Assembly: GCA_050950165.1 (NCBI GenBank)
Contig: JBMNHC010000001.1
Location: forward strand, 593,073 to 657,072
Length of the DNA: 64,000 nt
From: Candidatus Dojkabacteria bacterium
GTDB lineage: Bacteria > Patescibacteriota > Dojkabacteria > SC72
Direction: 5' to 3'
Each line of letters starts with the position of its first letter. Within the stretch, counting starts at the first letter, position 1. Positions 9,315 through 17,956 of the stretch are shown here, in pieces. The position numbers and the translations under genes were made by a program. The notes beneath the pieces were generated by a model. The model did no database searches. It had not been told where the DNA came from and worked only from the letters and a program-made list of their open reading frames with translations.

Positions 9315-11834
9315 CTAGAATATCTTTAATCCATCTAGTCCTACTCCATCCATCTGTGTAAAGTTAAGTAGATCTACAAATGAAGAGGTTGTAGACCAGC
9401 TACTAACAGTATCGTCTGTGTCCCAGAATCTAATTCTCCAGTAATATATGGCTCCTGTGTTAGCAAGTTGTGGTCCTGCATATGTAATATCTGGGGATCT
9501 AGTCCCACTTGCTGTTGATGTCATGGGTTGTTTACCTGAATCCCAGAGTGTTGAGCCAGTAAAATTGCTATTTGAATTTATCTCTATTTGATAATATGTT
9601 GCACTGTCTCCATTGGGGTCACTATGTATCGCAGAGAATTTTGGTCTTACTACTGTAAGCCAAGCTGGATTTGTTTTTCCATCTACTAGGGGTCCTGAGG
9701 GAGCTGTAGGTACACCAGCCATTCTAAATGAGGCAGTAGTAGACCATTCTCCTTCTACATTTAAATTATCCCAGAATTTAATTCTCCAGTAATATATATC
9801 TCCACTTTGTGTAAGGGTAGTACCAGCATATGATATGTCTGGAGACCTCGCTCCTATGGCTGTAGAGCTCATACTTGTTTTTCCACTATCCCACATACTA
9901 GTACCAGTAAATGAAGAGTTAGTATTTACATGTATTTGATAGTATATACCAGTATTCCCACTATCACTGTCTTGGAATATTGCACTAAACTCTGGTGTAG
10001 TGTCATACACCTTGTTAGGATTACTTTCTCCTTCTGTAAGTAGAGAGGTTGGTGCTGTAGGTGATTCATTTGCAGTAAATTGAGCAACAGAAGACCAGTT
10101 ACTTTCGGAATATATGACTCCGTTATCCCAGAATTTAATTCTCCAGTAATATGTAGTACCTGGAGTAAATGTAGATCCACCATATGAAATATTTGATGAT
10201 CTTGCTCCATTGTTGATAGGGGTAATTGCAGTTTTTCCACTGTCCCACATACTAGTACCTGTAAATGAGGAGTTAGTATTTACTTGTATTTGATAGTAGA
10301 TTCCTGTATCAGAGGTATCAGGATCACTAAATACAGCACTAAAATATGCAGAAGAAGAGATAACTCCTGATGGATTAGTAGCTCCGTTTGTTAGTAATGA
10401 AGAAGGTGGATTGGGTTGTCTGTTCAATATCTCTTCTCCCCCGACAGAAGTAGCTTGAGAAGTTTTTCTCTCTATATATATTACTGAGTAGTAAGAGGGA
10501 ATATTAGAGTTAGTTAAAGATACTGTTGTAGTATGTGTATGGTCAGCATTAGCATATACTATACTAGAAGGATTCCACTCTTGCCGAGAAGTGGTATCAG
10601 CAAGACTTATACTCACATTATGTGTATGAGTTGATGACCCTTGAGCAGTTAGATTAGCAGTAGCAGCACCCATTAAGAAATTGTTATTCATTGTAGTATA
10701 TTGGGTCCAACCTAGTGGTGGAACAGCACTAGCCATTGCAATTACATTTGTTCCTAAAGTTGTTGTTGCTGGACTTTTTACAAAAAGTAGACTTTTGTAT
10801 GGTGGATAGTTTGATGCAGCAGGATTAGATGTTAGAGAAACAGGATGTGTGTGACTAGTAATAGCTATACCTCTCTGATTTGGAGAAGGAACAGTTAGAC
10901 CGTAACATTGTGTATTTGTAGTTGCTGCCATAGACAAGTCTGTAATTGTATGTGAGTGTGTAGCTGCACCACCTGTACCACCATATGTAGCATTTCCAGC
11001 AGGAAGTCTTCCGTCAAATGCAGACATTCTTGTCCACCCAGATGGTGTTGTGGTAGAAAACATTATAATATTAGCTAAATTTGATAGATCACTTTTTTGA
11101 CATACGATTGAATAGATATATGGTGGAGTTGAACTAGCAGAGCCTACGGTTCCTGATACATTATGGGTATGTCCTTGGGTAGGTGCACAAACAACTTCGT
11201 CACTTCCACCAACTCCACTACCAGCAGATCCGCCAGATGAAGCTACAGTAAATGAGCCCCCATGGTTGTGATTACTTGCTACTCCTCCAGTAGATCCTGC
11301 AGTTGTAGAACCGTAGATAAATTTCCCATCAAAGGATGAACTTCTGGTCCAACCATTAGCACATGCTGTATCAGAGAGGGCATAGAAAACTCCTGACCAT
11401 CCACTCTGTCCACTCCCTGCAGATGTATTACCGTAGTATGCATATATTGTTTTTCCTCCTGATGGTAGTGATGGAATTCTTACCCATATTTTTGTACTAG
11501 TAGTATTACATCCTCCCTCTATCCAGTATGAAAGTAGTGTGGTATCGTTACTATCCACAAACCTTAAATCATTACAGTTAGATTGTAGTTTACCTGCTGT
11601 AATTAGAGATTGTGTATCTAATGTAATTAATACATCTTCATTAGTTAGTGTAGAACCAGAATTACTAACAGTAATCGCTCTTCTATACAACCAGTTATTA
11701 TCATACCAAGCAGAACTATCTTCTGTTTTCTCTCTATTAGAAAGATATACCAAAAGAGGTGTACCTAAGAGTATTACTAATGTTGATGCTATGAGAATTG
11801 TTCTTTTAGATATCTTTTTAAAAGGGTTTTCCAT
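9315..11834 (-). CDS. Large membrane-anchored surface protein. It combines a DUF2341-like N-domain, repeated HxH phage-tail-collar-like motifs, and three tandem ~110-aa FN3-like repeats.
   Basis: 839 aa with an N-terminal TM (ILIASTLVILLGTPLLVYL). W..NW.YRR.ITV resembles DUF2341. Six motifs (NHNHGG, GHTHNVSG, THSHTITD, SHTHPVS, THTHNVSI, DHTHTT) recur. Three repeats share ...YYQI.VNTNSSFTGTSMWDSGKT...YYWRIKFWD. Composition is Ser/Thr/Gly-rich. Confidence 0.7.
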   Translation of the reverse strand: MENPFKKISKRTILIASTLVILLGTPLLVYLSNREKTEDSSAWYDNNWLYRRAITVSNSGSTLTNEDVLITLDTQSLITAGKLQSNCNDLRFVDSNDTTLLSYWIEGGCNTTSTKIWVRIPSLPSGGKTIYAYYGNTSAGSGQSGWSGVFYALSDTACANGWTRSSSFDGKFIYGSTTAGSTGGVASNHNHGGSFTVASSGGSAGSGVGGSDEVVCAPTQGHTHNVSGTVGSASSTPPYIYSIVCQKSDLSNLANIIMFSTTTPSGWTRMSAFDGRLPAGNATYGGTGGAATHSHTITDLSMAATTNTQCYGLTVPSPNQRGIAITSHTHPVSLTSNPAASNYPPYKSLLFVKSPATTTLGTNVIAMASAVPPLGWTQYTTMNNNFLMGAATANLTAQGSSTHTHNVSISLADTTSRQEWNPSSIVYANADHTHTTTVSLTNSNIPSYYSVIYIERKTSQATSVGGEEILNRQPNPPSSLLTNGATNPSGVISSSAYFSAVFSDPDTSDTGIYYQIQVNTNSSFTGTSMWDSGKTAITPINNGARSSNISYGGSTFTPGTTYYWRIKFWDNGVIYSESNWSSVAQFTANESPTAPTSLLTEGESNPNKVYDTTPEFSAIFQDSDSGNTGIYYQIHVNTNSSFTGTSMWDSGKTSMSSTAIGARSPDISYAGTTLTQSGDIYYWRIKFWDNLNVEGEWSTTASFRMAGVPTAPSGPLVDGKTNPAWLTVVRPKFSAIHSDPNGDSATYYQIEINSNSNFTGSTLWDSGKQPMTSTASGTRSPDITYAGPQLANTGAIYYWRIRFWDTDDTVSSWSTTSSFVDLLNFTQMDGVGLDGLKIF

Positions 11835-11919
11835 CTATTAAATATGATATCAAAAAAGAACAGTTAGTCTATCTCTTTTTTCTAATACTATATTTTTAAT
11901 ATTTAAATTAGTAAAAATG

Positions 11920-11947
11920 TTGACTAAATACTCTTATCTGTTATACT
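11920..11947 (+). promoter_or_regulatory. Sigma70-like promoter (TTGACT-N16-TATACT) for the NYN-domain gene
   Basis: TTGACT at 11920-11925 and TATACT at 11942-11947, with a 16-nt spacer. It lies 70 nt upstream of the ATG at 12016. Confidence 0.4.
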
Positions 11948-11958
11948 TAACACATAGT

Positions 11959-11992
11959 CGCCTCAGCCTGGCTCGTAAGGGCCCGCTGAGGT
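11959..11992 (+). promoter_or_regulatory. GC-rich stem-loop (CCTCAGC...GCTGAGG) followed by a U-rich tract at the 5' end of the predicted leader
   Basis: An inverted repeat cctcagc/gctgagg with an inner ggc/gcc pairing, then taaaattttct. It sits in an otherwise AT-rich region directly after the predicted transcription start. Confidence 0.4.
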
Positions 11993-12015
11993 AAAATTTT
12001 CTATCCCTAAAAGTT

Positions 12016-12573
12016 ATGAATAATACAATCGTTTTAATTGACGATGAAAATTTCATATACAAAATGGAAAAAGTTCTTAGAACAGAGAATATCAAAATTA
12101 ATATCCAAGACATTAAATTGCGAGATTTAATATCAAGAGCTATTAAATCGAATGTTGATATTAATTTCTACGCAGCAAGGTTAAGATTTTATTCAAGTAC
12201 ACCCAGAAAATCTAAACAATTGATAGATACTCAAAGACGTCTGAGAAACACTCTTAAAAAACAGGAAATAAATTTTATCTATTCAGGATATGTAAGAGCA
12301 AGAAGAGAGAGAGGTAGAACTGTATTCAAAGAGAAAGGTGTTGATGTGAAAATAGCTGTTGATATGGTAAGTATGGCTTGTGACAAGAGATACGAAACAA
12401 TTGTATTGTGCTCTTCAGATTCTGATCTTCAACCTGCAGTTACCGAAGCCAAGTCTCGAGATGTTAGAGTTGTATATTTAGGATTTAGTATGGAGCCTAA
12501 TAGAGGGCTTATATATACAACAGATAGAACGGTTTTGTTTGATAATGATGAGATACTATCTGTTGTTAGATAA
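12016..12573 (+). CDS. NYN-domain (LabA-like/DUF88, PIN-like) protein
   Basis: 185 aa. GVDVKIAVDMV...ETIVLCSSDSDLQPAV matches the NYN acidic-residue pattern. Confidence 0.7.
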   Translation: MNNTIVLIDDENFIYKMEKVLRTENIKINIQDIKLRDLISRAIKSNVDINFYAARLRFYSSTPRKSKQLIDTQRRLRNTLKKQEINFIYSGYVRARRERGRTVFKEKGVDVKIAVDMVSMACDKRYETIVLCSSDSDLQPAVTEAKSRDVRVVYLGFSMEPNRGLIYTTDRTVLFDNDEILSVVR

Positions 12574-12577
12574 ACTG

Positions 12578-13039
12578 TTAATCATTAGACTCTCTTGTTA
12601 TTTCATACAGAAGTATGGATGCACAATTTGCAACATTAAGAGACTCTTTTAAACCTCTCATAGGAATATATACTTTCTCATCTACTCTTTTTAATATATC
12701 TGTTTCTACACCTCTTTTTTCATGACCAAAAAGAAGTGCTATCTTAGATGGGTATTTTATCTTTTGAAAATGTTTAGCATCTTTAGTTAGCTCTACTGCA
12801 TATATTGGAATACCTAACTCTTTTATCTCATCTATCGCTTCATCTGTACTATCGTAGTACTCTGAAGGTACCATCTCTGTTGCACCTAATGCAGTTTTAT
12901 CTAATTTAGGATTATCTATCTGTGTAGTAATACCACAAAGGTATATCTTTCTAACACTACCTGCTCCATCTGCAGATCTAAATATACTACCTACATTAAA
13001 AGCAGATCTAATATTGTCTAGTATTATATGTATCTCCAT
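12578..13039 (-). CDS. SpoU/TrmH-family RNA 2'-O-methyltransferase (TrmL-sized)
   Basis: 153 aa with SPOUT motifs (IYLCGIT...; LLFGHEKRGV; IPMRGLKESLNVANCASILLYE). Confidence 0.75.
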   Translation of the reverse strand: MEIHIILDNIRSAFNVGSIFRSADGAGSVRKIYLCGITTQIDNPKLDKTALGATEMVPSEYYDSTDEAIDEIKELGIPIYAVELTKDAKHFQKIKYPSKIALLFGHEKRGVETDILKRVDEKVYIPMRGLKESLNVANCASILLYEITRESND

Positions 13040-15045
13040 TATTTAAAAAGATTCTTATCTATATATCCAAGGTCTAAATTATCTCTTCTTAATATCTCTT
13101 TTGCAATATGTTTTGCCTCTTTAAAAAGCTTAATATCTGTAAGAGAAGCAACCTTAAATTGAGGTATACCTGATTGTTTAATACCGTATACCTCTCCAGG
13201 ACCTCTTGTTTTAAGATCATATTCTGCAACATCAAAACCTGATGAGTGTGATGCAAAATATTTTAACCTATCTACAGAAGAAACCTCTTGATCTTTACTA
13301 GCTATTACAAAACAGTAAGAAGAGATATCTGATCTACCTACCCTACCTCTTAGTTGATGAAGTTGTGCAAGACCAAATCTATGTGCATCCTCTATTACCA
13401 TTACTGTAGCATCTGGTATATCTATTCCTACCTCTATTACAGATGTAGTTACTAAAATATTAAATTCTTTTTTTCTAAATCTCTCTAGTATTTCATCTTT
13501 TTTACTAGCTGCTATTCTTCCGTGTAGAAGTTCAATATTAATATCTTTAAAGTTGTTGTTTTTAAGATTTTCAAACTCTGTTAATACAGCTTTAGCATCT
13601 ATTGAGTAAGACTCTTCTATCAAGGGGTATACAATGAAAGCTTGTTGTTTAAAATTAGAATCTTTAATCTTTTTAGATATCCAATTAAAACAATCATCTC
13701 TTTTGTTATACGGTACATACTTTGTATCTATCTCTTTTCTACCTTTTGGTTTCTCTTTAATGGTACTTACTTTAGTACTACCAAAGACAATTTCAGTAAG
13801 ACTTCTGGGAATGGGTGTTGCACTCATTGTTAGGTAGTGAGGAGTCTGTTTGTTTACTTTAAGAAGTTGTTCTCTCTGTTTAACACCGAATCTGTGTTGT
13901 TCATCAACAACAACGAGGTTTAGATTATCAGGGATATTTTCTTTAAAAAGTACTGCATGTGTCCCTATTATTACTCTTTTAGTAGAGATATCTTTAGTTT
14001 TTTTAGATGATATCCAGAGTTGAATATCTATATTGAAAGGTTTAAGAAGTTTTTTAAAGGTATCGAAATGTTGTTGTGCAAGAACAGTAGTAGGAGCTAG
14101 TACAACAGCACTGTATCCATTTCTAATACACTGTAATATTGCTAGAGCAGCTACTACTGTTTTACCACTTCCTACATCTCCATTAAGAAGTCTGTTCATT
14201 GGAGTTTTTTTAGATATATCAGAGAGAATCTCTCCTATGCTTTTTATTTGATCTTTTGTTAGCTTAAAAGGTAGTGAACTAAAAAAGTCCTTACTTAGTA
14301 ACTTATCTTCTATTATTGGAAATGCAGTAAGTTTTTTTCTCTCAAGTTTCTCTTGTTCAAGCTTTAGTGCAACTCTAAGCATTTCATCTAGTGCTAATCT
14401 ATTGGTAGCATCTATAATATCTTTTCTACTTTTTGGGAAATGTATAGCTTTAATACTTTGAGCTAGAGATATTGTTTCTTTTACAATGTCTTTAGGTAGT
14501 GGTTCTTCTATTAAATTTTTAATATCTCCTTTTATTGTACTAAGTATATTTCTAATATTTCTAGAGGTTAATCCTTCAGTTTCAGGATATATCCCTATTA
14601 TCTTTCCAAGATGCTTCTGTTTAGATATATCTCCATCATATTTTTCATACTTAGGATTGTATATATTCTTAGTTTTACCTTTTTGAGAAATCTTAGCATC
14701 AAATATATACCATTGGTCTTTTTTAAGAGTTTTAGTAATGTATGGTTGATTAAAAAAAGATAGATCAAGTGTACTGTTTTCATCTCTGACTCTGACTTTA
14801 CCTAGAACTTTTCTAGTTCTAGTATATATATTTTTTGTTTCGACTACCTGTGCAAGAAATACCCCTTCACTGCTCTCTTTAAACTCTTCTATTGTTAATA
14901 TATCTGAAGTGTCTCTGTATCTGAAAGGTATATGGAAGAGTAAGTCCTTTACTGTTTCTATACCTAACTTAGAAAGTTTCTCTGCCTGAGTATGTCCTAC
15001 TCCTTTAAGGATTCCTACTGGTGAGTTAGCTGTTAAATTATCCAT
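13039..15045 (-). CDS. recG: ATP-dependent DNA helicase RecG
   Basis: 668 aa. The wedge domain is followed by SF2 helicase motifs GDVGSGKTVVA, DEQHRFGV and QLRGRVGR. Confidence 0.9.
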   Translation of the reverse strand: MDNLTANSPVGILKGVGHTQAEKLSKLGIETVKDLLFHIPFRYRDTSDILTIEEFKESSEGVFLAQVVETKNIYTRTRKVLGKVRVRDENSTLDLSFFNQPYITKTLKKDQWYIFDAKISQKGKTKNIYNPKYEKYDGDISKQKHLGKIIGIYPETEGLTSRNIRNILSTIKGDIKNLIEEPLPKDIVKETISLAQSIKAIHFPKSRKDIIDATNRLALDEMLRVALKLEQEKLERKKLTAFPIIEDKLLSKDFFSSLPFKLTKDQIKSIGEILSDISKKTPMNRLLNGDVGSGKTVVAALAILQCIRNGYSAVVLAPTTVLAQQHFDTFKKLLKPFNIDIQLWISSKKTKDISTKRVIIGTHAVLFKENIPDNLNLVVVDEQHRFGVKQREQLLKVNKQTPHYLTMSATPIPRSLTEIVFGSTKVSTIKEKPKGRKEIDTKYVPYNKRDDCFNWISKKIKDSNFKQQAFIVYPLIEESYSIDAKAVLTEFENLKNNNFKDINIELLHGRIAASKKDEILERFRKKEFNILVTTSVIEVGIDIPDATVMVIEDAHRFGLAQLHQLRGRVGRSDISSYCFVIASKDQEVSSVDRLKYFASHSSGFDVAEYDLKTRGPGEVYGIKQSGIPQFKVASLTDIKLFKEAKHIAKEILRRDNLDLGYIDKNLFK

Positions 15046-15172
15046 AGCTAGAAGATTGCTAGGAGTATTGGTAGTAGTAAGCTAGCTATCATGATTACAG
15101 CGATAAAGACACTAAATATTTTTGCTAGTTTTTGAGTAGTGCTTTTCTTCATATATTTGATTTTACTAATAT

Positions 15173-16636
15173 CTAATATTTTTTCCAAGACTTTTGTATT
15201 TTTGTTTGTGTACTTGGAGAGTTAGCATACATTATCCAGTCAGGGTTTACTGATTTTTTACCAGGTTGTGTTTTTATCTCTACAGTATCTCCTGTTTCTA
15301 GTATGTAGTTGTGTTTAACTGCAGCTCCATTTACTTTTGCAGATACCATACTATTCCCAATATCTGTGTGTACTAGATATGCAAAATCTACAACGGTATC
15401 TCCTTTATCTAGTTGGACGATTTTTCCTTTTGGAGTAAATACAAATACATTGTTAGGAAATATATCTACATTTATTGAATTTGATTCTTTGCTTTCTCTC
15501 TCAGAGATATTTTTATCAATCTCTTTGTGTATCTGTTCTATCCAGTTATATTTATCTGTAGGTTTTGCGTATCTACTCTTGCTCTCTTTATATGCGATAT
15601 GTGATGCTTGTCCGTATGTATTTGTATAGTACATCTCTTGTGTCATTATCTGAAGTTCTACTATTTTGTTAGATACTTCTGGAAGGATGATGGGACCTTG
15701 TAGTGCCATATATCCATTGGGTTTGGGATGTGAAATGTAATCATCAAAATCTTCTGTTATTATTTGCCCATTATCCATTACTAACTCTAGTACTTTAAAA
15801 CATTCATCTTCTGTTTCAGTAATTACTCTAAATGCTAAAAGGTCTGATATATTAGAAATGTTTATTTTCGCTCCCTCTTTTAGAATTTTTTTTAATTTGT
15901 TGTATATACTGTATATACTTTTGACTCTACCGTGTACTGATTGCTCAGCAGGGATTTCTTCTAAAAGTTTTTCTAAATATGCAATATATCTATCTCTCAT
16001 CTGTGAAGTAAATCCTTTACTCTCCATTATTTTTTTAATATCTTCATACTCTTCTGGTCTATATATCTTTAAAGCATTCTCTTCTAGTTCTTTTTTCATA
16101 ATGTCAAAGTTAAGATACTCTGCCAAAGGTCCATATATTTTAAATACCTTCTGTATCTTACTTCCCATTTTTTCTTTAGGCATATATTCTACTGTTCTGA
16201 TATTGTCTAGTGCATCTGCCAATTTTATGAGTAAAGGTCTTAAATCCTTTGAGCTATTAAGTATATATTTGTTGATAATTTCATACTCTGTGTCTGTACT
16301 AGCTGTTGCCTTACTTATTTTATCTGATCTATCTACAATCTTTAGTACATCTTCTCCAAATTTATTCTCTATCTCTTTGGATATACTCTCTTTTTTTTCT
16401 TGATTGTTAGAGAGGATATTGTGGAAAAGTCCTCCCACTATTGTATTTGTTTCTAATCCCATTTTAGCAAGCGTTATTGCACACCTAATTGGGTGATTAA
16501 CAAATGGCTCTTCAGAGTTTCTTACCTGTCCTTTGTGATATTCTTTAGCAAAAGCGATTGCTTCTTCTATCTTTTCAACAAAGTTCTTTGGGCTTAACTC
16601 TATTAATTCTTTTTCTAGTTGTTCTGTTTTGTCCAT
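15173..16636 (-). CDS. Compact RelA/SpoT-family (p)ppGpp synthetase/hydrolase
   Basis: 487 aa. An HD domain (HKGQVRNSEEPFVNHPIRCA) is followed by a synthetase motif (GRVKSIYSIYNKL) and a C-terminal TGS domain (VFVFTPKGKIVQLDKGDTVVDFAY). Confidence 0.8.
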   Translation of the reverse strand: MDKTEQLEKELIELSPKNFVEKIEEAIAFAKEYHKGQVRNSEEPFVNHPIRCAITLAKMGLETNTIVGGLFHNILSNNQEKKESISKEIENKFGEDVLKIVDRSDKISKATASTDTEYEIINKYILNSSKDLRPLLIKLADALDNIRTVEYMPKEKMGSKIQKVFKIYGPLAEYLNFDIMKKELEENALKIYRPEEYEDIKKIMESKGFTSQMRDRYIAYLEKLLEEIPAEQSVHGRVKSIYSIYNKLKKILKEGAKINISNISDLLAFRVITETEDECFKVLELVMDNGQIITEDFDDYISHPKPNGYMALQGPIILPEVSNKIVELQIMTQEMYYTNTYGQASHIAYKESKSRYAKPTDKYNWIEQIHKEIDKNISERESKESNSINVDIFPNNVFVFTPKGKIVQLDKGDTVVDFAYLVHTDIGNSMVSAKVNGAAVKHNYILETGDTVEIKTQPGKKSVNPDWIMYANSPSTQTKIQKSWKKY

Positions 16637-16684
16637 ACTAAAAAGACCCTTTATCCTAAGGAAGAGGTCGAATTTTAATCTTAA

Positions 16685-17908
16685 CTACTTAATTTGATAT
16701 ATATGTTTACCACACTTAAGGATATATTCTTCTGTAGAGGATATATCTATCTCTTCTTTCCAATCTAATATTTTCCTATCATTAATTTTTACAGCTTCCT
16801 GCTCTACTAATCTTCTAGCTTCTGATTTACTTTTAGCAATATCTAAGAAGAGAAGAAGGTCTATGATATTGATTCTATCTTTCCCTATCTCTCTAGTTGG
16901 TATCTCTACCTCAGTATCTAATCTCTGAAATATATTTTCAAAGTATGTTTGTGCTTTCTTAGCTTCTTCTTCCCCCTTTATATCCTTAGTAATCTCATAT
17001 GCAAGTTCCTTCTTAATATTTATTGGATTCTCATTAGAGTTTAATCTACTCTCTATCTGTGCTATCTCCTCTAAGTCAAAGTTAGTAAGAATTTCAAATC
17101 CAATTAAGATCTGCTCATCAGTGAAAGCCATAACTTTACCGTATATATCGTTACTACTGTCATCTAAAGAGATCATATTGTCTTCTGATTTACCCATTTT
17201 AGTTCCGTCAATAGCAGAGAGTAGTTTGTTTGTAATTACTACTTTCTCTTTGTTTAGTCTGCTCTTTATTAAATCTCTACCTGCTAGCATATTGAAGAGT
17301 TGGTCATTTCCACCTATCTCGATATCTATATCCATCATTACACTATCGTATCCTTGCATTAGGGGGTAGAGAAATTCGTTTAGGTAAATTGGCTTATCTT
17401 CTTTAATCCTTTCTTGAAACATATGTCTTTTAAGAAGTTGCTGTACTGTAAACTCTGATGCTAAATCTATTATCTTTTCAAATGTAAGAGGTTCTAGCCA
17501 CTGGCTATTATATACAACTTTTACAGGATTTTCTCTGTTAAAGATATCAATTATACTAGATGCTTGTTCTACATATTTCTTCATATTACCTTCTACTTCT
17601 TTTTTAGAAAGTACTTTTCTTGCAGAGTCTCTAGCTTCTCCTTTGTCTGAAGGGTCTCCTACTCTAGCTGTAAAATCTCCAATTACAAAGAATATCTGAT
17701 GACCTAGCTTCCTAAAATCTTCCAACTTTCTCATCCCAACTGTATGCCCTATATGCAAACTAGGTGCAGTAGGATCAAATCCTTGGTATATGTTTAGTCT
17801 TTTACCAGAGAGTAGCAGTTCGCTAAGCATCTGCTTCGAAGGTAGTATCTGCTCTACTCCTTTGTTTAGTATCCTCTCAATTATTTTCTCATCTTTTGAT
17901 ATATTCAT
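16685..17908 (-). CDS. tyrS: Tyrosine--tRNA ligase
   Basis: 407 aa with HIGH (PSLHIGH), KMSKS-like KMGKS, GGNDQ and a C-terminal S4-like domain. Confidence 0.85.
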   Translation of the reverse strand: MNISKDEKIIERILNKGVEQILPSKQMLSELLLSGKRLNIYQGFDPTAPSLHIGHTVGMRKLEDFRKLGHQIFFVIGDFTARVGDPSDKGEARDSARKVLSKKEVEGNMKKYVEQASSIIDIFNRENPVKVVYNSQWLEPLTFEKIIDLASEFTVQQLLKRHMFQERIKEDKPIYLNEFLYPLMQGYDSVMMDIDIEIGGNDQLFNMLAGRDLIKSRLNKEKVVITNKLLSAIDGTKMGKSEDNMISLDDSSNDIYGKVMAFTDEQILIGFEILTNFDLEEIAQIESRLNSNENPINIKKELAYEITKDIKGEEEAKKAQTYFENIFQRLDTEVEIPTREIGKDRINIIDLLLFLDIAKSKSEARRLVEQEAVKINDRKILDWKEEIDISSTEEYILKCGKHIYQIK

Positions 17909-17956
17909 ACTTTGGTATTATATATTTTTAGTAAGAATATTACAAAGGTAAGGTAA

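Noticed and set aside
15858-16403. A 181-aa ORF on the + strand. Similar antisense ORFs occur at 57017-57628, 57970-58389, 2258-2542, 9926-10240, 13634-13837 and elsewhere.
   Set aside because: They lie wholly inside well-supported genes on the opposite strand or in another frame. Their products are low-complexity, Ser/Leu/Phe-rich and typical of antisense reads of AT-rich genes, with no motifs.
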